Assembly: GCF_001194135.2 (NCBI RefSeq) | Contig: NC_069002.1 | Span: forward strand, 23,870,633-23,934,632 | DNA: 64,000 nucleotides | Source: Octopus bimaculoides | Lineage: Eukaryota | Direction: 5' to 3' | Shown: in pieces, positions 1 through 12,790 of the stretch | Layout: each line of letters starts with the position of its first letter | Position numbering within the stretch: the stretch's first letter is position 1 | Notes under the pieces: generated by a model | The model's input: only the letters and a program-made list of their open reading frames with translations | Database searches by the model: none | What the model was told of the DNA's origin: nothing | Program-made: the position numbers and the translations under genes

Positions 1-111
1 AATAACTGATCCAATAACTCAATACCTACAAGAAAAATTCTCGGACCTTTGTTCCAGACTTTTGACCAAATAGTAATATATTGCAAATTAAATATAACTT
101 TGAGTGTTTAA

Positions 112-332
112 CCCTTTCATTACTGTATTTATTTTGAGATGCTTTGTGTTTGTTTTAATTACTTTAAATATAACAAAGAATTTAGTAAAATAACTTAGCT
201 TTTATTCAGCTCGTGTTAGGAACATAGATTTTGACTAAGGTTCGGTGGAAGATTTTAATTCAAAACTTATAAAAGCAAGACATTTGTACTACAGAGCCAG
301 AGCTGGTTTCAGCCGGGTTGGTAACGAAAGGG
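112..332. mobile_element. piggyBac-type MITE (221 bp)
   Basis: TTAA at 108-111 and 333-336; TIRs CCCTTTCATTAC / GTAACGAAAGGG; no ORF. Confidence 0.8.
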
Positions 333-493
333 TTAATATAAAGATTCTAATTTTCAGACTAATGTTCCAAATCTTTTGGCCACAACTGTATAGCCTTGGG
401 GAAGGGAGGTAAATCTCTTTGCCTCATCTTGTTTGAGAGAACAAGTTTGTTTCTTGTGTTTCAATAGTTGGGTGAAGAAAGAATATCTAAATA

Positions 494-670
494 GGTGCAG
501 GTGTGGCTGTGTGGGTAAGAAGTATGCTTCCCAACCATGTGGTCTTGGGTTCAGTCTCATTGTGTGGCATCTCAAGCAAGAGTCTTTTTCTATCGCCCAG
601 GGTTGACCAAGGCCTTGTAAGTGGATGTTGTAGGCAGAAACTGTGTGTATATGTGTGTGTGTTTATACAT

Positions 671-714
<44 letters not shown>

Positions 715-935
715 CGAGGAAGAGATGTGTGTGCGAGTTGTGTTTGGTTGTGAAGTGGTGTTGAGGAGTCAGCGTTTGTTCACATTCCTTTAACTTAGTG
801 GTTTGGCAATAGAGAGTGATAGAATAAGTCTCAGATTTCAAAAACATAAGTACTCAAGTTGAGGTGTTTGACTGAACCCTTCAAAGTGGTGCCCCGGCAT
901 GGCCACAGTCCAATGACTGAAACCAATAAAAAGCA
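494..935 (+). mobile_element. tRNA-derived SINE, family A (most abundant family in the window)
   Basis: Head GGTGTGGCTGTGTGGGTAAG with degenerate B box GGTTCAGTC, central CA/TG microsatellite, tail ending GACTGAAACCAATAAAAAG; more than 20 related copies in the window. Confidence 0.8.
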
Positions 936-1389
936 AAAAGGTGAAATGAAATTAATGCAGAAAGACTCAGAGAAAGAAGGGGCAGTGCCCAGGGTCTTTT
1001 TCCAGGAAGAATAGGAAATATTTTCAGACCAGAGAACTGGTCTGAATGTTCACAACAAAGTGGACACTACAAAAGGGATCTAAGAGCCAGATTATGGTAT
1101 TAAAGCTGGCTTAAGACTAAATCTCATTACTTGATAACCCTCAGCTATTTATGTTTCTATTGCACTTCCAGGTACCCTAAACCATCTACTTACAATGTTG
1201 AATTTCTTTTTATTGTATGAATGGTTGGATCTCTGTCATTTGGCTATAAGGATTCAGTTGTTTGATCTAATGAATTATCTCCCTTTGAATTAACATGTTG
1301 AGTAGGGTTGAATAGGTTAACATGTTGAGCAGGGCTGAATTAACATGTTAAATACAGGTTGAGTATTCCATAGACATGTGGATCCTTAT

Positions 1390-1602
1390 CCCTTTAGCAT
1401 TCAGATTACTCTGTCAAGCATAATGCTTATTTATTAAAATTGGTTTGAATTAATCATACATTATCTCATAGCTTTGAGATTTGTGATTCTATATTTTTAG
1501 ATCGGCATTGTATGGTAAGTGTAAGAGGCCATATCTGGCCAGTTTGAACGTAAAATGTGCAGAATATTTGGGCCGGATATGGCTGGTTTAAATGCTAAAG
1601 GG
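1390..1602. mobile_element. piggyBac-type MITE, second family
   Basis: TIRs CCCTTTAGCATT / AATGCTAAAGGG; right TTAA intact, left TTAT; homologous to 55221-55440. Confidence 0.75.
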
Positions 1603-2104
1603 TTAAAGTAATTCTCAGATAGAATCATTATGTTGTGAAACAATGGTAACAAGACTGTACGCTTTGAATTATTGTACAGTCCACTTGTCAGGCTTCCATA
1701 TAGTTTCTGTTTACTCATTTTCAGTCACAAAGTATGGGTTGATCCAGGGCTATATAAAATGACATTTGCTCAAGATGCCACATGATGGAATCAAAACTGG
1801 TACCGCATGGTTGTAAAGCTAATTTCTTAACTATTTGGCCATACTGCACCTCCTCAATTGTTCGTTCCAACATTAATTAGATCTTACTGTGTCTAATTTT
1901 TCTGTTATAACATTAAATAGATTTACTTACAAAGTCTAATTTCTTTTTTATTAGAACATTAAATAGATTTATTTTATGTTGCAATAGAAAGAAATTAGAC
2001 ATTATAAGTAGATTGACTTACAATGAATAAAATAATTTCTTTCCTATTAGAACATCAAGTAAATCTATTTACAGTGCCAATGTTTCTGTAAAGATTTGCT
2101 CAAA

Positions 2105-2272
2105 GTGTGACAGGCACAAGCGTGGCTGTCTGGTAAGAAGCTTGCTTCCCAACCACATGGTTCTGGGTTCAGTCCCACAGTGTGGCAACTTGAGCAAGCG
2201 TCTTCTACCGTAGCCTCGGGTTGACAAAAGCCTTGTGAATGGATTTGGCAGACAGAAACTGAAAGAAGCCCG

Positions 2273-2325
<53 letters not shown>

Positions 2326-2335
2326 TATATGTATA

Positions 2336-2368
<33 letters not shown>

Positions 2369-2583
2369 CTTTTTATCTGTGTTTGTCCCCCACCACCACT
2401 TGACAACCAGTGCTGTTGTGTTTATGTCCCTGTAACTTAGCAGTTTAGCAAAAGAGACCAATAGAATAAATGCCAGGCTTATAAAAAATAAGTAAGTATG
2501 GGGGTAGATACAGTTGATTAGAAAATTCTTCAAGGCAGAGCCCCAGCATGGCCGCAGTCTAATGACTGAAACAAGTAAAAGAT
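2105..2583 (+). mobile_element. SINE family A, full length
   Basis: Head, body and tail match the other family A copies; internal (TA)n(TG)n tract. Confidence 0.8.
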
Positions 2584-4794
2584 TATTAGTCTTCTTTGGG
2601 TGCTTTTCCACCATTTCGCTGCCATTTTGTTAGCAATGAATTCTTTTGTTTGGAAGGTTATTTTTTGTTATCACTGTCTAAGCAAGTGTCTTGTAGTATA
2701 GTCCCTCGTTGACCAAACCCTTGTGAGTGGATTTGGTAGATGGAAACTGAAAGAAGCCCATTGTATTATGCATGGAGATGTATATGTATCTACGTACATG
2801 TGTATATGAGTGTCTCCCTACCTTGACTTTCTGTGATTGTTGTAAACGAGTGTCTCCATCATGCCAGTGGTGTCGATTTTCAGTCTCCTGTAAAAACATG
2901 TCTGGTCACAAAGAATATTGCCTTACTTGGAAACAGGTAAGGGTTTACAATTGGAAGGGCATCTGGCTAGAGAAAAATCCACCTCATTAAATCTCATCCA
3001 ACCCATACAAGCATACAATAGTGGAATTTCAAATGAAGATGTTCACTCTTTGTAAAAATGAAATAGCCATGTTTGTAAGCTTCTAGTTTATTTACTCATA
3101 TCTGATGAAACTAAACACAAGTCTGTTCTTGTAGATCGGTTTCTTTACATATGGCTCTATTCTACATTGTATTGGTTTACCTCTGTCTGTTGGAAGTAGT
3201 TCTTCACCAATTATCTCAGTCAGCCTTGCTGTTTGATCTAAACTGTAATAATGACTATTGACCATATTCCTTACTGGTTTCCTCAGTTATGAGAGTTCTC
3301 ATTGCTGTTTGTCAAGGCACAGCAGCCTAGTGGAAATGATGTTGAAATAATTGCTTGTGATTTATGAATTCAAGTATCCTTGCCAGTCGTCACTCATGAC
3401 CACTCATTATTGACATTGATCATATTCTCTTTTCTTACCAACACTCATCTCTGTTACTATGCTTTTCTGTCAAACACATTGCTACTGTCACCATCCCTCT
3501 TCCATCAGGTCCATTTCTGATATCAATGCCTTCTCTCAGACATGTTGCTATTAGTTTCCACCAAACATGCTGTTGCTTCAATGCCCCTCTTCCATCAAGC
3601 ATGTTGTTGTCTTGCTGTTATCAATGTTTCTCTTTCATCAGACTTGTTGCTGCCATCACTGTCTCTCTTCCACTACTCCCTCCTCTGCCACCATCTCACC
3701 CCAAACACTATTTCGTTCTCTTCTTTCTCTCACCTTTCATCACTCTTTTCTCTTTCTCTCTCTCTCTCTCCCCCCTCTCTCTCTCCCCTCTCTCTCTCTC
3801 TTATATTCATCCTCTTGTTCACCTTGCCTTGAATGAAGACAATGTAAAGTAATATGTCCTCTTCAGATTTCTGGGTTGCAAAGGTAACCTCAGCAGTACT
3901 GGAGCCATGATAATATACCCCATCTACTTTCTGTAAAGTGGGTGACAAATGTGACAATGGATGTTCAAAACGACTCTTTAGTCTTGCAGGAGACATGACA
4001 ACCCCTCCAATGCTGGTGCTGCAATAAAATGCATTCAGTACATTGTGTAAAGCAATTGATGTTAGGGATGTCATCTAACCATAGGAACCAAACCAAAATT
4101 GAAATATATGAGTTAAAAGGGTTAAAAAAATATAGTCCCCTGACCCATCAAGAAAGGCAGCACCTTTGAATAATAAGTTACTGAAACCATAACGAATCCA
4201 TAAATTAGGACTAACTGGGACCAAGGCTTGCTGTCTAACCCATTACAGCAAAGAAAGTGATTATAAGATGATGATGATGATGTTGATGACAATAGTGACG
4301 TGTGTTAGATTAGGGACAGTGAAATGTCCATTATCTCAACTTGCCAAGCTGTCAGGAAATGTTACATTTTCTGGTGAGAAACAAAAATCAATAAAACCGA
4401 ATCATTAATTGATCTGATAAAATTATCAAATGTCAAGGGAAACTTAAATGGTTTTAACTTTTCTTTTTTCTTATTTTTTAAAACTAAGCCAAGAAATAGA
4501 TATAAGTAAATTCTCGACAATTTTATTTTCTCGGAAAAGTTACACTTGGGAAAATAATGAACAAATATTTTGGTGCTTCATTGCAAGTGAAGAACAATCA
4601 ATCTGAAATAGATGATAAATGTTTGTGAGACGTTTTCAGCTCTTATCATGATTTCTCTTGAAACAATCTGTATACACAGTAAACAGAATATGATAGTTGT
4701 TGGCAAGTCCATGTGTATTTTTGTAATTCATTGTGTCTGTTGATTAAAGAGTGATGTTTTATATATTTTGATATTTGTTTTTTATCTGTCCTAG

Positions 4795-5028
4795 GTACTA
4801 CCTTCGTTTCAAAGATGACTACAGACAAGCAGCCATTGATGTGTTGTTAGGCCAACCAATTGCTGAAGAGACATTATTAAGTGCTGGTTTACAGGAAGAG
4901 GACATTGAAGGGGAACTTCTGGAAAAGGAAGAGAATGTACGCACACTAATTGACGATTTGAAGAAGATGTTAATTGTGGAACCAGAGCAATGTCTTGGAG
5001 GATGGAGTTTGGTTAATGCTGATCCTGT
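4795..5028 (+). CDS. INPP5F: INPP5F/SAC2 internal exon (YYLRFKDDYRQAAIDVLLG...CLGGWSLVNADPV)
   Basis: Acceptor tttatctgtcctAG, donor GTAAGT at 5029; 234 bp, phase 2-2; peptide resembles my recollection of human SAC2 (RYYLNRFKDAYRQAVIDL...GGWALIDCDP). Confidence 0.93.
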
Positions 5029-5183
5029 GTAAGTATATATAAGTTTCAGAACAATTAATTCAATACAACATTCTCATGATGTTCACATGGAACTTTCACA
5101 GGAACTGGTCTTTTAGATTTAGGCATATATTATGCATATTAAAGAGTGTATGCATGCGTTATACATATGTGTGTGTATATATG

Positions 5184-5229
<46 letters not shown>

Positions 5230-5269
5230 TGTGTATGTATATGTATATAGATATATATACCCTCATATA

Positions 5270-5305
<36 letters not shown>

Positions 5306-5379
5306 TGTATGTGTGTATGTGTGTATATACACACACATTATATACATCTGTATCCATGTATATATATGTAAGATCTACC

Positions 5380-5532
5380 TGTGCTGTGGGTAAGTAGCTT
5401 GCTTACCAACCACATGGTTTCAGGTTCAGTCCCACTGCGTGGTACCTTGGGCAAGTGTCTTCTACTATAGGCTTGGGCCGAACAAAGCCTTGTGAGTGAA
5501 TTTGGTAGACGGAAATTGAAAGAAGTCTGTCG

Positions 5533-5583
<51 letters not shown>

Positions 5584-5830
5584 GTATGTATGTATATATG
5601 TACATATATATATGTATGTGTGTATATGTTTGTGTGTCTGTGTTTGTCCCCCCAACATCACTTGACAACCGATGCTGGTGTGTTTACGTCCTTGTAACTT
5701 CGTGGTTCGGCAAAAGAATCCAATAGAATAAGTACTAGGCTTACAAAGAATAAGTCCTGGAGTTGATTTGTTCAACTGAAGGCAGTGCTCCAGCAAGGCC
5801 ACAGCCGAATGACTGAAACAAGTAAAAGAG
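5380..5830 (+). mobile_element. SINE family A, full length
   Basis: Near-consensus copy with internal (CA)n(TA)n tract. Confidence 0.8.
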
Positions 5831-5924
5831 TGTATGTATATATATATATTATACATCTTTATATATATGTGTGTAATGGGTTAGACAGCATGCCTTAGTC
5901 CCAGTCAAATTCAGTCCTTTAGAG

Positions 5925-6315
5925 ACACAGGTGTGGCTGTGTGGTCAGAAGCTTGCTTCCCAACCACATAGTTTTGGGTTCAGTCCTATTGTGTGGCACC
6001 TTGAGCAAGTGTCTTCTACTATACCCTCAGGCCAACCAAAGCCTTGTGAGTGGATTTAGTAGACAGAAACTGAAAGAAGCCCTTTGTAAATATAAATGTA
6101 TATATATTTGTGTGTGCGTCTGTGTTTGTCCCCCCACCATCGCTTGACAAACGATGTTAGTGTGTTTACGTCCCCTTAACTTTGAAGTTTGGCAAAAGCG
6201 ACCAATAGAATAAGTACTAGACTTACAAAGAATGAGTCCTGAGGTCGATTTGTTCAACTAAAGGTGGTGCTCCAGCATGGCCATAGTCAAATGACTGAAA
6301 CAAATAAAAGAATAT
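5925..6315 (+). mobile_element. SINE family A, full length
   Basis: Follows the previous copy in tandem; same head and tail. Confidence 0.8.
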
Positions 6316-7861
6316 GTGCATATGTATGTACATGTGTGTGGATGTGTGTGCTTCCTTGTCTTGACATCATGTGATAGCTGTAAATGAGTGTCACTGTGAG
6401 ACAAGTGAGGTTGTTTATCTCCAGTCTTCTGTGAATGACATGACCAGTCATGTGGAAATATTTCCTTACTTGGGAACAGGTGAACATTAGTGATAAGAAG
6501 AGCATTCAACCGACCCATGCAAGCATGGAAAAGTGGACATTAAAATGATGATGGCAATAACAATGATGATGATGGTGAAACAAATATAACATGTTGGCAT
6601 GTAGAATGAAAATATTCGATAAACTCAACTGATTCTCCCTGTAAGGCAATCTGTCGATGGAAAGGCAAGTCACTTTGATTGTCTCCGTCCTTCTCCAGGT
6701 TGTGGACCTCAAATTGATATCACGGATGTTATGAATAAAGTATGTGATTTGTGAACTGGTTCTCTTGTAAATAGTTGATGGGAACTTGCCACCATTCCAC
6801 ACCACTTAGAAAGTGAGGTAGAATCTCTAAATGGTTGTTCAGTCTGCTAGAGAAAAGTAATACCATCTCTTTTATATCCAAAATTATACCCTCCTCGACC
6901 TGCTAGAAACAAAAGCAACAACCATGTATGCACACTTACTATCTTTGGCCAGCTAGAAGCAATAGTAACACCTCCCTTATGTCCACATTATACTGTCTTT
7001 TAAAAGGAACAAATCCGGGAAAAAGTTTTGGATACATTACAGCTAATTAAAAGACATCGTTCAATGCTAGGACAATTTTGGTTGTGCTATGTGGTTAAGA
7101 AGTTCTACACACATTTGGGCACAGATGTGGCTGTGTGGTTAAGAAGTTCATTTCTGAACCACTTAGCTTTGGGTTCCATTCCAAGGAATGGCATATTTGA
7201 CTGGTTTCTACAACTGTAGCTTGTGATGAAATTTAATAGATAAAAACTGTACAGAATCCCTTTATACACATGTAGGCACAGATGTGGCTGTGTGGCAAGA
7301 AGATTGCTTCTCACCCACATGGTTCTCAGTTCAATTCCTCTGCATAGAAACCCTAGGCAAGTGTCATCTGCTATCACCTTGGGTTGACCAAAGCCTTATG
7401 AGTGGATATGGTAGACAGAAACTGGAAGGAATCATAGTATATGCACGTGTGTGTGTGTGTTAATGTCTCTTAGCCATGACATTGTGAATGAAAGACCCCA
7501 CATGCATGACAGAGACACTCATTTACAACTATCATGCAATCTTCTGTCGTAAAACATGTTTAGTCATGGCGAAATGTTATCTTACTTGGGAACAGGCGAT
7601 GGTTAGCAACAGGAAAGGCATCCAATCATATAATATCTACCTCAACAAAATTCTGTCCAACCCATGCTGGGGCACCACCTGAAAGATTTTAATCAAACAA
7701 ATTGACCCTAGCACTTATTGTGTTTTACGCCTGGTATTTATCCTATTGGTCTCTTGCCAAACCCCTAAGTTATGGGGACATAAATGCACCAACACTGGTT
7801 GTCAGTTGATGGTGGAGGACAAACACAGACACCCACGCATTGATACATACATATATGTATG

Positions 7862-7901
<40 letters not shown>

Positions 7902-8117
7902 TAAATTATAGGGCAGCAAAAAAAATTTTAGAAATTTTATTTACCGCCAGTGGTCTAGCGAGAATAAAAATCAGTCAATAGACTATATATTATTCATTTA
8001 AAATACAGAGATGCCTATAATAGGACATCTGACCCGCTAGAAAGAGCAGCAAAACACTCTATACCACAAAAATAGGAATAATTTCGAAAGGGAATTATTC
8101 CTATTTTTGTGGTATAG
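7902..8117. repeat. Probable palindromic MITE, truncated by an N gap; contains a perfect 25-bp inverted repeat
   Basis: CTATACCACAAAAATAGGAATAATT (8059-8083) is the exact reverse complement of 8093-8117; the gap starts at 8118. Confidence 0.5.
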
Positions 8118-8405
8118 NNNNNNNNNNNNNNNNNNNNNNNNNNNNNNNNNNNNNNNNNNNNNNNNNNNNNNNNNNNNNNNNNNNNNNNNNNNNNNNNNNN
8201 NNNNNNNNNNNNNNNNNNNNNNNNNNNNNNNNNNNNNNNNNNNNNNNNNNNNNNNNNNNNNNNNNNNNNNNNNNNNNNNNNNNNNNNNNNNNNNNNNNNN
8301 NNNNNNNNNNNNNNNNNNNNNNNNNNNNNNNNNNNNNNNNNNNNNNNNNNNNNNNNNNNNNNNNNNNNNNNNNNNNNNNNNNNNNNNNNNNNNNNNNNNN
8401 NNNNN

Positions 8406-8444
<39 letters not shown>

Positions 8445-8603
8445 ATATATATGTGTGTGTATATATATATATGTGTGTATATATATATATATAATATCAA
8501 AAAGGATGTGTTATAACACTATTCCACATTTACAATAACAGCCATACCAACAATCCAACATACCCCCATCTTCAGCTGCCACATGGATATCATTATGGTT
8601 TCG

Positions 8604-8634
<31 letters not shown>

Positions 8635-9508
8635 CATATGCATCCAATGGTCTTCTTTTAGCCTTCGTCTGCGAAATCCACTCACAAGGCTTTGGGCAGC
8701 TTGAGAATGTTGTAGAAGACAGTTACCCAAGGTGCCACGCAATGGAACTGAATCTATCACATGGCTACACCAGCACCTATATATATATATATGCATTGAA
8801 GGACATATTTTAAAAGCTGTAAGCAAAGGACAGTGTAACCAGCTTGTAGGATTTGAATTTTTTTTTCTGCTGCAAAACCTGTTTTAGTTACATTTTGCAC
8901 TAAAATTTATTCAGGAAAAAAAAAATTAATATGCAAATTTTTTTGCTTTATGAAACCGTTTCTGTAACATATGATTTTCTTTGTTTTCTTTGCATGTGGT
9001 AAAAAATTCACCATGTGAAAACATACACTAATATTTTAACAGTAAAACTGTTACGTAAAAATATCTTATGTGAAAACAATTTTGTAAATTTATTGTCATA
9101 TACACATGTGTGTGGGTGTGTGTTTGTGTATATACAAATATGTCATAGAAATATTTACTTTCAATATTAAAAACCAAAACTTGATTTTTTCAAACAAATA
9201 TATATCATAGAATAAAAAAGAAGGAAAGATAAGCAAACAACAGGTGTCATGTCAAAAGATGATAGCATTATATAACATACAGAGAAAAAAAAATGTATGA
9301 AGGAACACAAATCACAGGATATTGGTAAAAGTTGCTCTGAAGGATGTTTGTATAACAACATACATCCATACATATATATACATATGTATGTATTTCACAA
9401 ACTGGAAAACTTGGACTTAAGATGACTTTCCTTATAGTGTCATCAATATGCTACCAGTGTACGATACATGACGATGGGGATAGCTATATATATGTGTGTG
9501 TATTTGTA

Positions 9509-9807
9509 TAAAAAGTAATGTTTGTCACCACTTCAACATGACTGTTCCATATGAACCAACATTACTTCCATTTTTAACATCGAAAGGAAGCCTCCTCCAG
9601 CTGGTTATCGATGAAGTCAGCACCCGACATATATTACAAGCAGTGGAGCATGAGAAGATAGTAGGAGTTCGCTCCCCTGCTTGCAATATATGTTGGATGC
9701 AGATTGCATCGATGACCAGCTAGAGCAGGTTTTTTCTTGGTGTTAAAAATGATAGTAACATCAGTTCCTATGGAATAGCCATGCTGAAGTGGTGACATTA
9801 CTTCTTA
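9509..9807. repeat. Long imperfect inverted repeat (arms ~137-141 nt, loop ~21 nt)
   Basis: 9509-9649 aligns to the reverse complement of 9671-9807 at about 80% identity with one 4-nt indel (manual alignment). Confidence 0.9.
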
Positions 9808-9867
9808 GTATAGTAACTACTTTCATCTATGATATAAATTTTCTAACTAGCTACTTTGCTTCACATC

Positions 9868-9990
9868 ACCCCTCCTCCCTCACCCCTCCTCCCTCACCCC
9901 TCCTCCCTCACCCCTCCTCCCTCACCCCTCCTCCCTCACCCTCACCCTCCTCCCTCACCCCTCCTCTCTTACCCCTCCTCTCTCACCCCT
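9868..9990. repeat. Pyrimidine minisatellite, unit ~CACCCCTCCTCCCT
   Basis: About 8 direct 14-nt repeats visible. Confidence 0.85.
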
Positions 9991-10177
9991 CCTCCTTCGT
10001 CCCTCCTCCCTTGCTCACATGGCTCCCACGTAACCATTGGCCATCTTTCTTTCTTCTCCTAACTTGTGTTTCTTTCTTTCCATTAGCTGGAACAAGCAAG
10101 ACATGTTCTTGTTTGTCTCCTGTCCATGCTTGATTTATGCATTCGCTACCACAACCTCATTTAGGATTAGCAGCCCT

Positions 10178-10258
10178 TCCTGTTTGTTTTCACTGTCCTG
10201 TTTGTTTTCACTGTCCTGTTTGTTTTCACTGTCCTGTTTGTTTTCACTGTCCTGTTTG
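10178..10258. repeat. 18-bp tandem repeat CTGTCCTGTTTGTTTTCA, about 4 copies
   Basis: Visible directly in the sequence. Confidence 0.85.
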
Positions 10259-10648
10259 TATTACCAATTTTGACTCCGCAAAATCCTAAATTTTATTTTA
10301 TTTGCTTTGAGAGAGCAACTGTCTTATCGAAAGTGTACATTGTTGTTAAATGCTCAAAATACGAGACTAGAAAAACAGCCAACAACTGATGAAGGGCCGT
10401 TCTTTATGTTGTTTGTTTTGTTTTCCATTTGTGTCTCATTGTTCGAAAGAATAGTTCATGTTCCATGTACTCGTGCTTTGTATTTTTTTGTTGTACATGT
10501 TTCGTGACGTCTTGTGCCCACATATGCATATATATATATATATATATANNNNNNNNNNNNNNNNNNNNNNNNNNNNNNNNNNNNNNNNNNNNNNNNNNNN
10601 NNNNNNNNNNNNNNNNNNNNNNNNNNNNNNNNNNNNNNNNNNNNNNAC

Positions 10649-10860
10649 CTACACCTTAGCCCTTTCATGGCGTCTGATGTGGCTTTTTAAACCAGACAGT
10701 GTTTTGAAAAAACACCCACACAGATTGCACCTCTGATTTGCACTACCAATACCTGCAAGTAAGTTCTGCTCATTGTGGATCCTAACATGTCTTTTATATA
10801 TGTATGATGGACTCATCCGTTGAAGACAACATGAGTATGCAGCTTTTTTGCCAGACAACC
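10649..10860 (-). mobile_element. 3' end of an RTE-type LINE ORF with terminal C2H2 finger
   Basis: CNLCGCFFKTLSGLKSHIRRH fits C-x2-C-x12-H-x3-H and is followed shortly by a stop; single finger; resembles RTE C-termini. Confidence 0.55.
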
Positions 10861-11187
10861 TACACAAATGATTTGTTAATAGTGATCAGATGTTTGTGCC
10901 CTACATTAGCTCATTCCCTCCATCAAGTCAACGTTACCTGAACAGGTGCACCATGTACCACATGTCAGGTATTGAACTGATCACAGTGCAATGTGAGATG
11001 AAGTGTTTTGCTCAAGAACATTATAAACCCATGATCTCACAATCATGAATATAACACCCTGATCATTAGGTCATGGTATATATACATTATATATACATTA
11101 TATATATATATATATCATGTGTGTTTTTAAACGAGCAAATGGTGCGTTTGTTTAAATCTCTTGTAAACAATATGTCTTGTCACTTAT

Positions 11188-11610
11188 GTGGCGAGCTGGC
11201 AGAAACTTCAGCATGATGAAATGCTTAGCAGTATTTCATCTGCCGTTACGTTCTGAGTTCAAATTCCACCGAGGCCGACTTTGCTTTTCATCCTTTCGGG
11301 GTCGATAAATTAAGTACCACTGGGGTTGATGTAATCAACTTAATCCCTTTGTCTGTCCTTGTTTGTCCTCTCTATGTTTAGCCCCTTGTGGGCAATAAAG
11401 AAATAAGAGACGTTAGTATGCCAAGAAAAAATCTTAGTGATATTTCATCTGTCTTTATGTTCTGAGTTCAAATTCTGCAGAGGTTGACTCTGCCGTTCAT
11501 CTTTTTGTGGTTGATAAATTAAGTACCAGTTGTGTACTGAGGTCAAGCTAATCGACTGGTCCCCTTCCCCCAAAATTTCCGGTCTTGTGCCTTGAGTAGA
11601 AAAGAATATG
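11188..11610 (+). mobile_element. Two adjacent tRNA-derived SINEs, family C
   Basis: Head GGCGAGCTGGCAGAAA...GAGTTCAAATTCC; body CATCCTTTCGGGGTCGATAAATTAAGTACCA; related copies near 35540-35860, 61121-61304 and 62370-62600. Confidence 0.7.
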
Positions 11611-12071
11611 ACTTGACACTTGACAGTTTAATCAGTTTGGTATGAAGACAAAAGTACTGTTAAAAATCAGGAAGAGTTTGCAGCAGGAAAGGAAGCTGGC
11701 CATAGAGTAGTGACTCAATAAATCTCATTCAGCCCATGCCTAGAAGACAGACATAAAACTGAAAAGATAAATGGAAAAATGGTATTGTTAATACAGATTT
11801 GAGCTTTATCCTTCTTTGCATTCAATATGATAGACTGTATACTTGTAAACAGTGCTACAGCATGGCTACAATCCTTGACTAAAAATACTAACTGCATAGG
11901 TTTATAGAATACATAATCTCATGCACTCACACACAGTCACACAAGTACATTAAAAATACATACACACACACACACATGTCTAACTAAGCACTCGGTATTA
12001 ATAAGTTTGTTTTTTTAGTTATATTCTTGTTTCTTTTATTATTTGTTTTTTTTCTTCTTTTTTTAATTTAG

Positions 12072-12143
12072 AGTTGGAGATCACGATCGACAGGAAATGG
12101 ATATAATACTGCTTTTGAGTCAACGGGCATTCTACGTTGGTTG
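12072..12143 (+). CDS. INPP5F: INPP5F/SAC2 internal exon (VGDHDRQEMDIILLLSQRAFYVGW)
   Basis: Long T-tract acceptor ...aatttAG, donor GTAGGT; 72 bp, phase 2-2; joins both neighbouring exons in frame; resembles recalled human HRDVDVLLLLSNSAYYVAY. Missed by the ORF track. Confidence 0.9.
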
Positions 12144-12624
12144 GTAGGTGATCTGTTCTTCTATACACGATATTTAATATGCATGTGAGTGCATTTACAT
12201 ATATCTGTCCATACACACTCTCACACACACGATACACAATATATATACAAACACACACAAACATACTATATATATATTATATATGTAATATGTACATAAT
12301 ATATACATTCATATATGCCCAAATATATATATANNNNNNNNNNNNNNNNNNNNNNNNNNNNNNNNNNNTCTTATATATATACAAGTTTAATATACATATG
12401 CATACACTATATGTATACATGCATATACACACAAGCTACATATGTAAAGTTCCACAGAAAATATGAGTATAATATAAATTCACACAGACATTATGACATA
12501 CACACAAAATATGTATACATGCACACAATATACATAATATGCACAATATATATATACACACACAATATATGTAATATGCACAATATATATATACACACAC
12601 ACAATATATGTAATATGCACAATA

Positions 12625-12790
12625 GGTGCAGGAGTGGCTGTGTGGTAAGTAGCTTGCTTACCAACCACATGGTCCCGGGTTCAGTCCCACTGCGTGGCAC
12701 CTTGGGCAAGTGTCTTCTACTATAGCCTCGGGCCGACCAAAGCCCTGTAAGTGGATTTGGTAGACGGAAACTGAAAGAAGCCTGCCGTAT
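12625..12790 (+). mobile_element. SINE family A, 5' half, young near-consensus copy ending in a gap
   Basis: CpGs retained (CCCGGG, CTCGGGCCGACC); runs into (TA)n and then Ns. Confidence 0.8.

Noticed and set aside
10649-10867. C2H2 zinc-finger gene
   Set aside because: Single finger at an ORF end, no TGEKP linker or array, degraded upstream sequence; fits a LINE C-terminus better.
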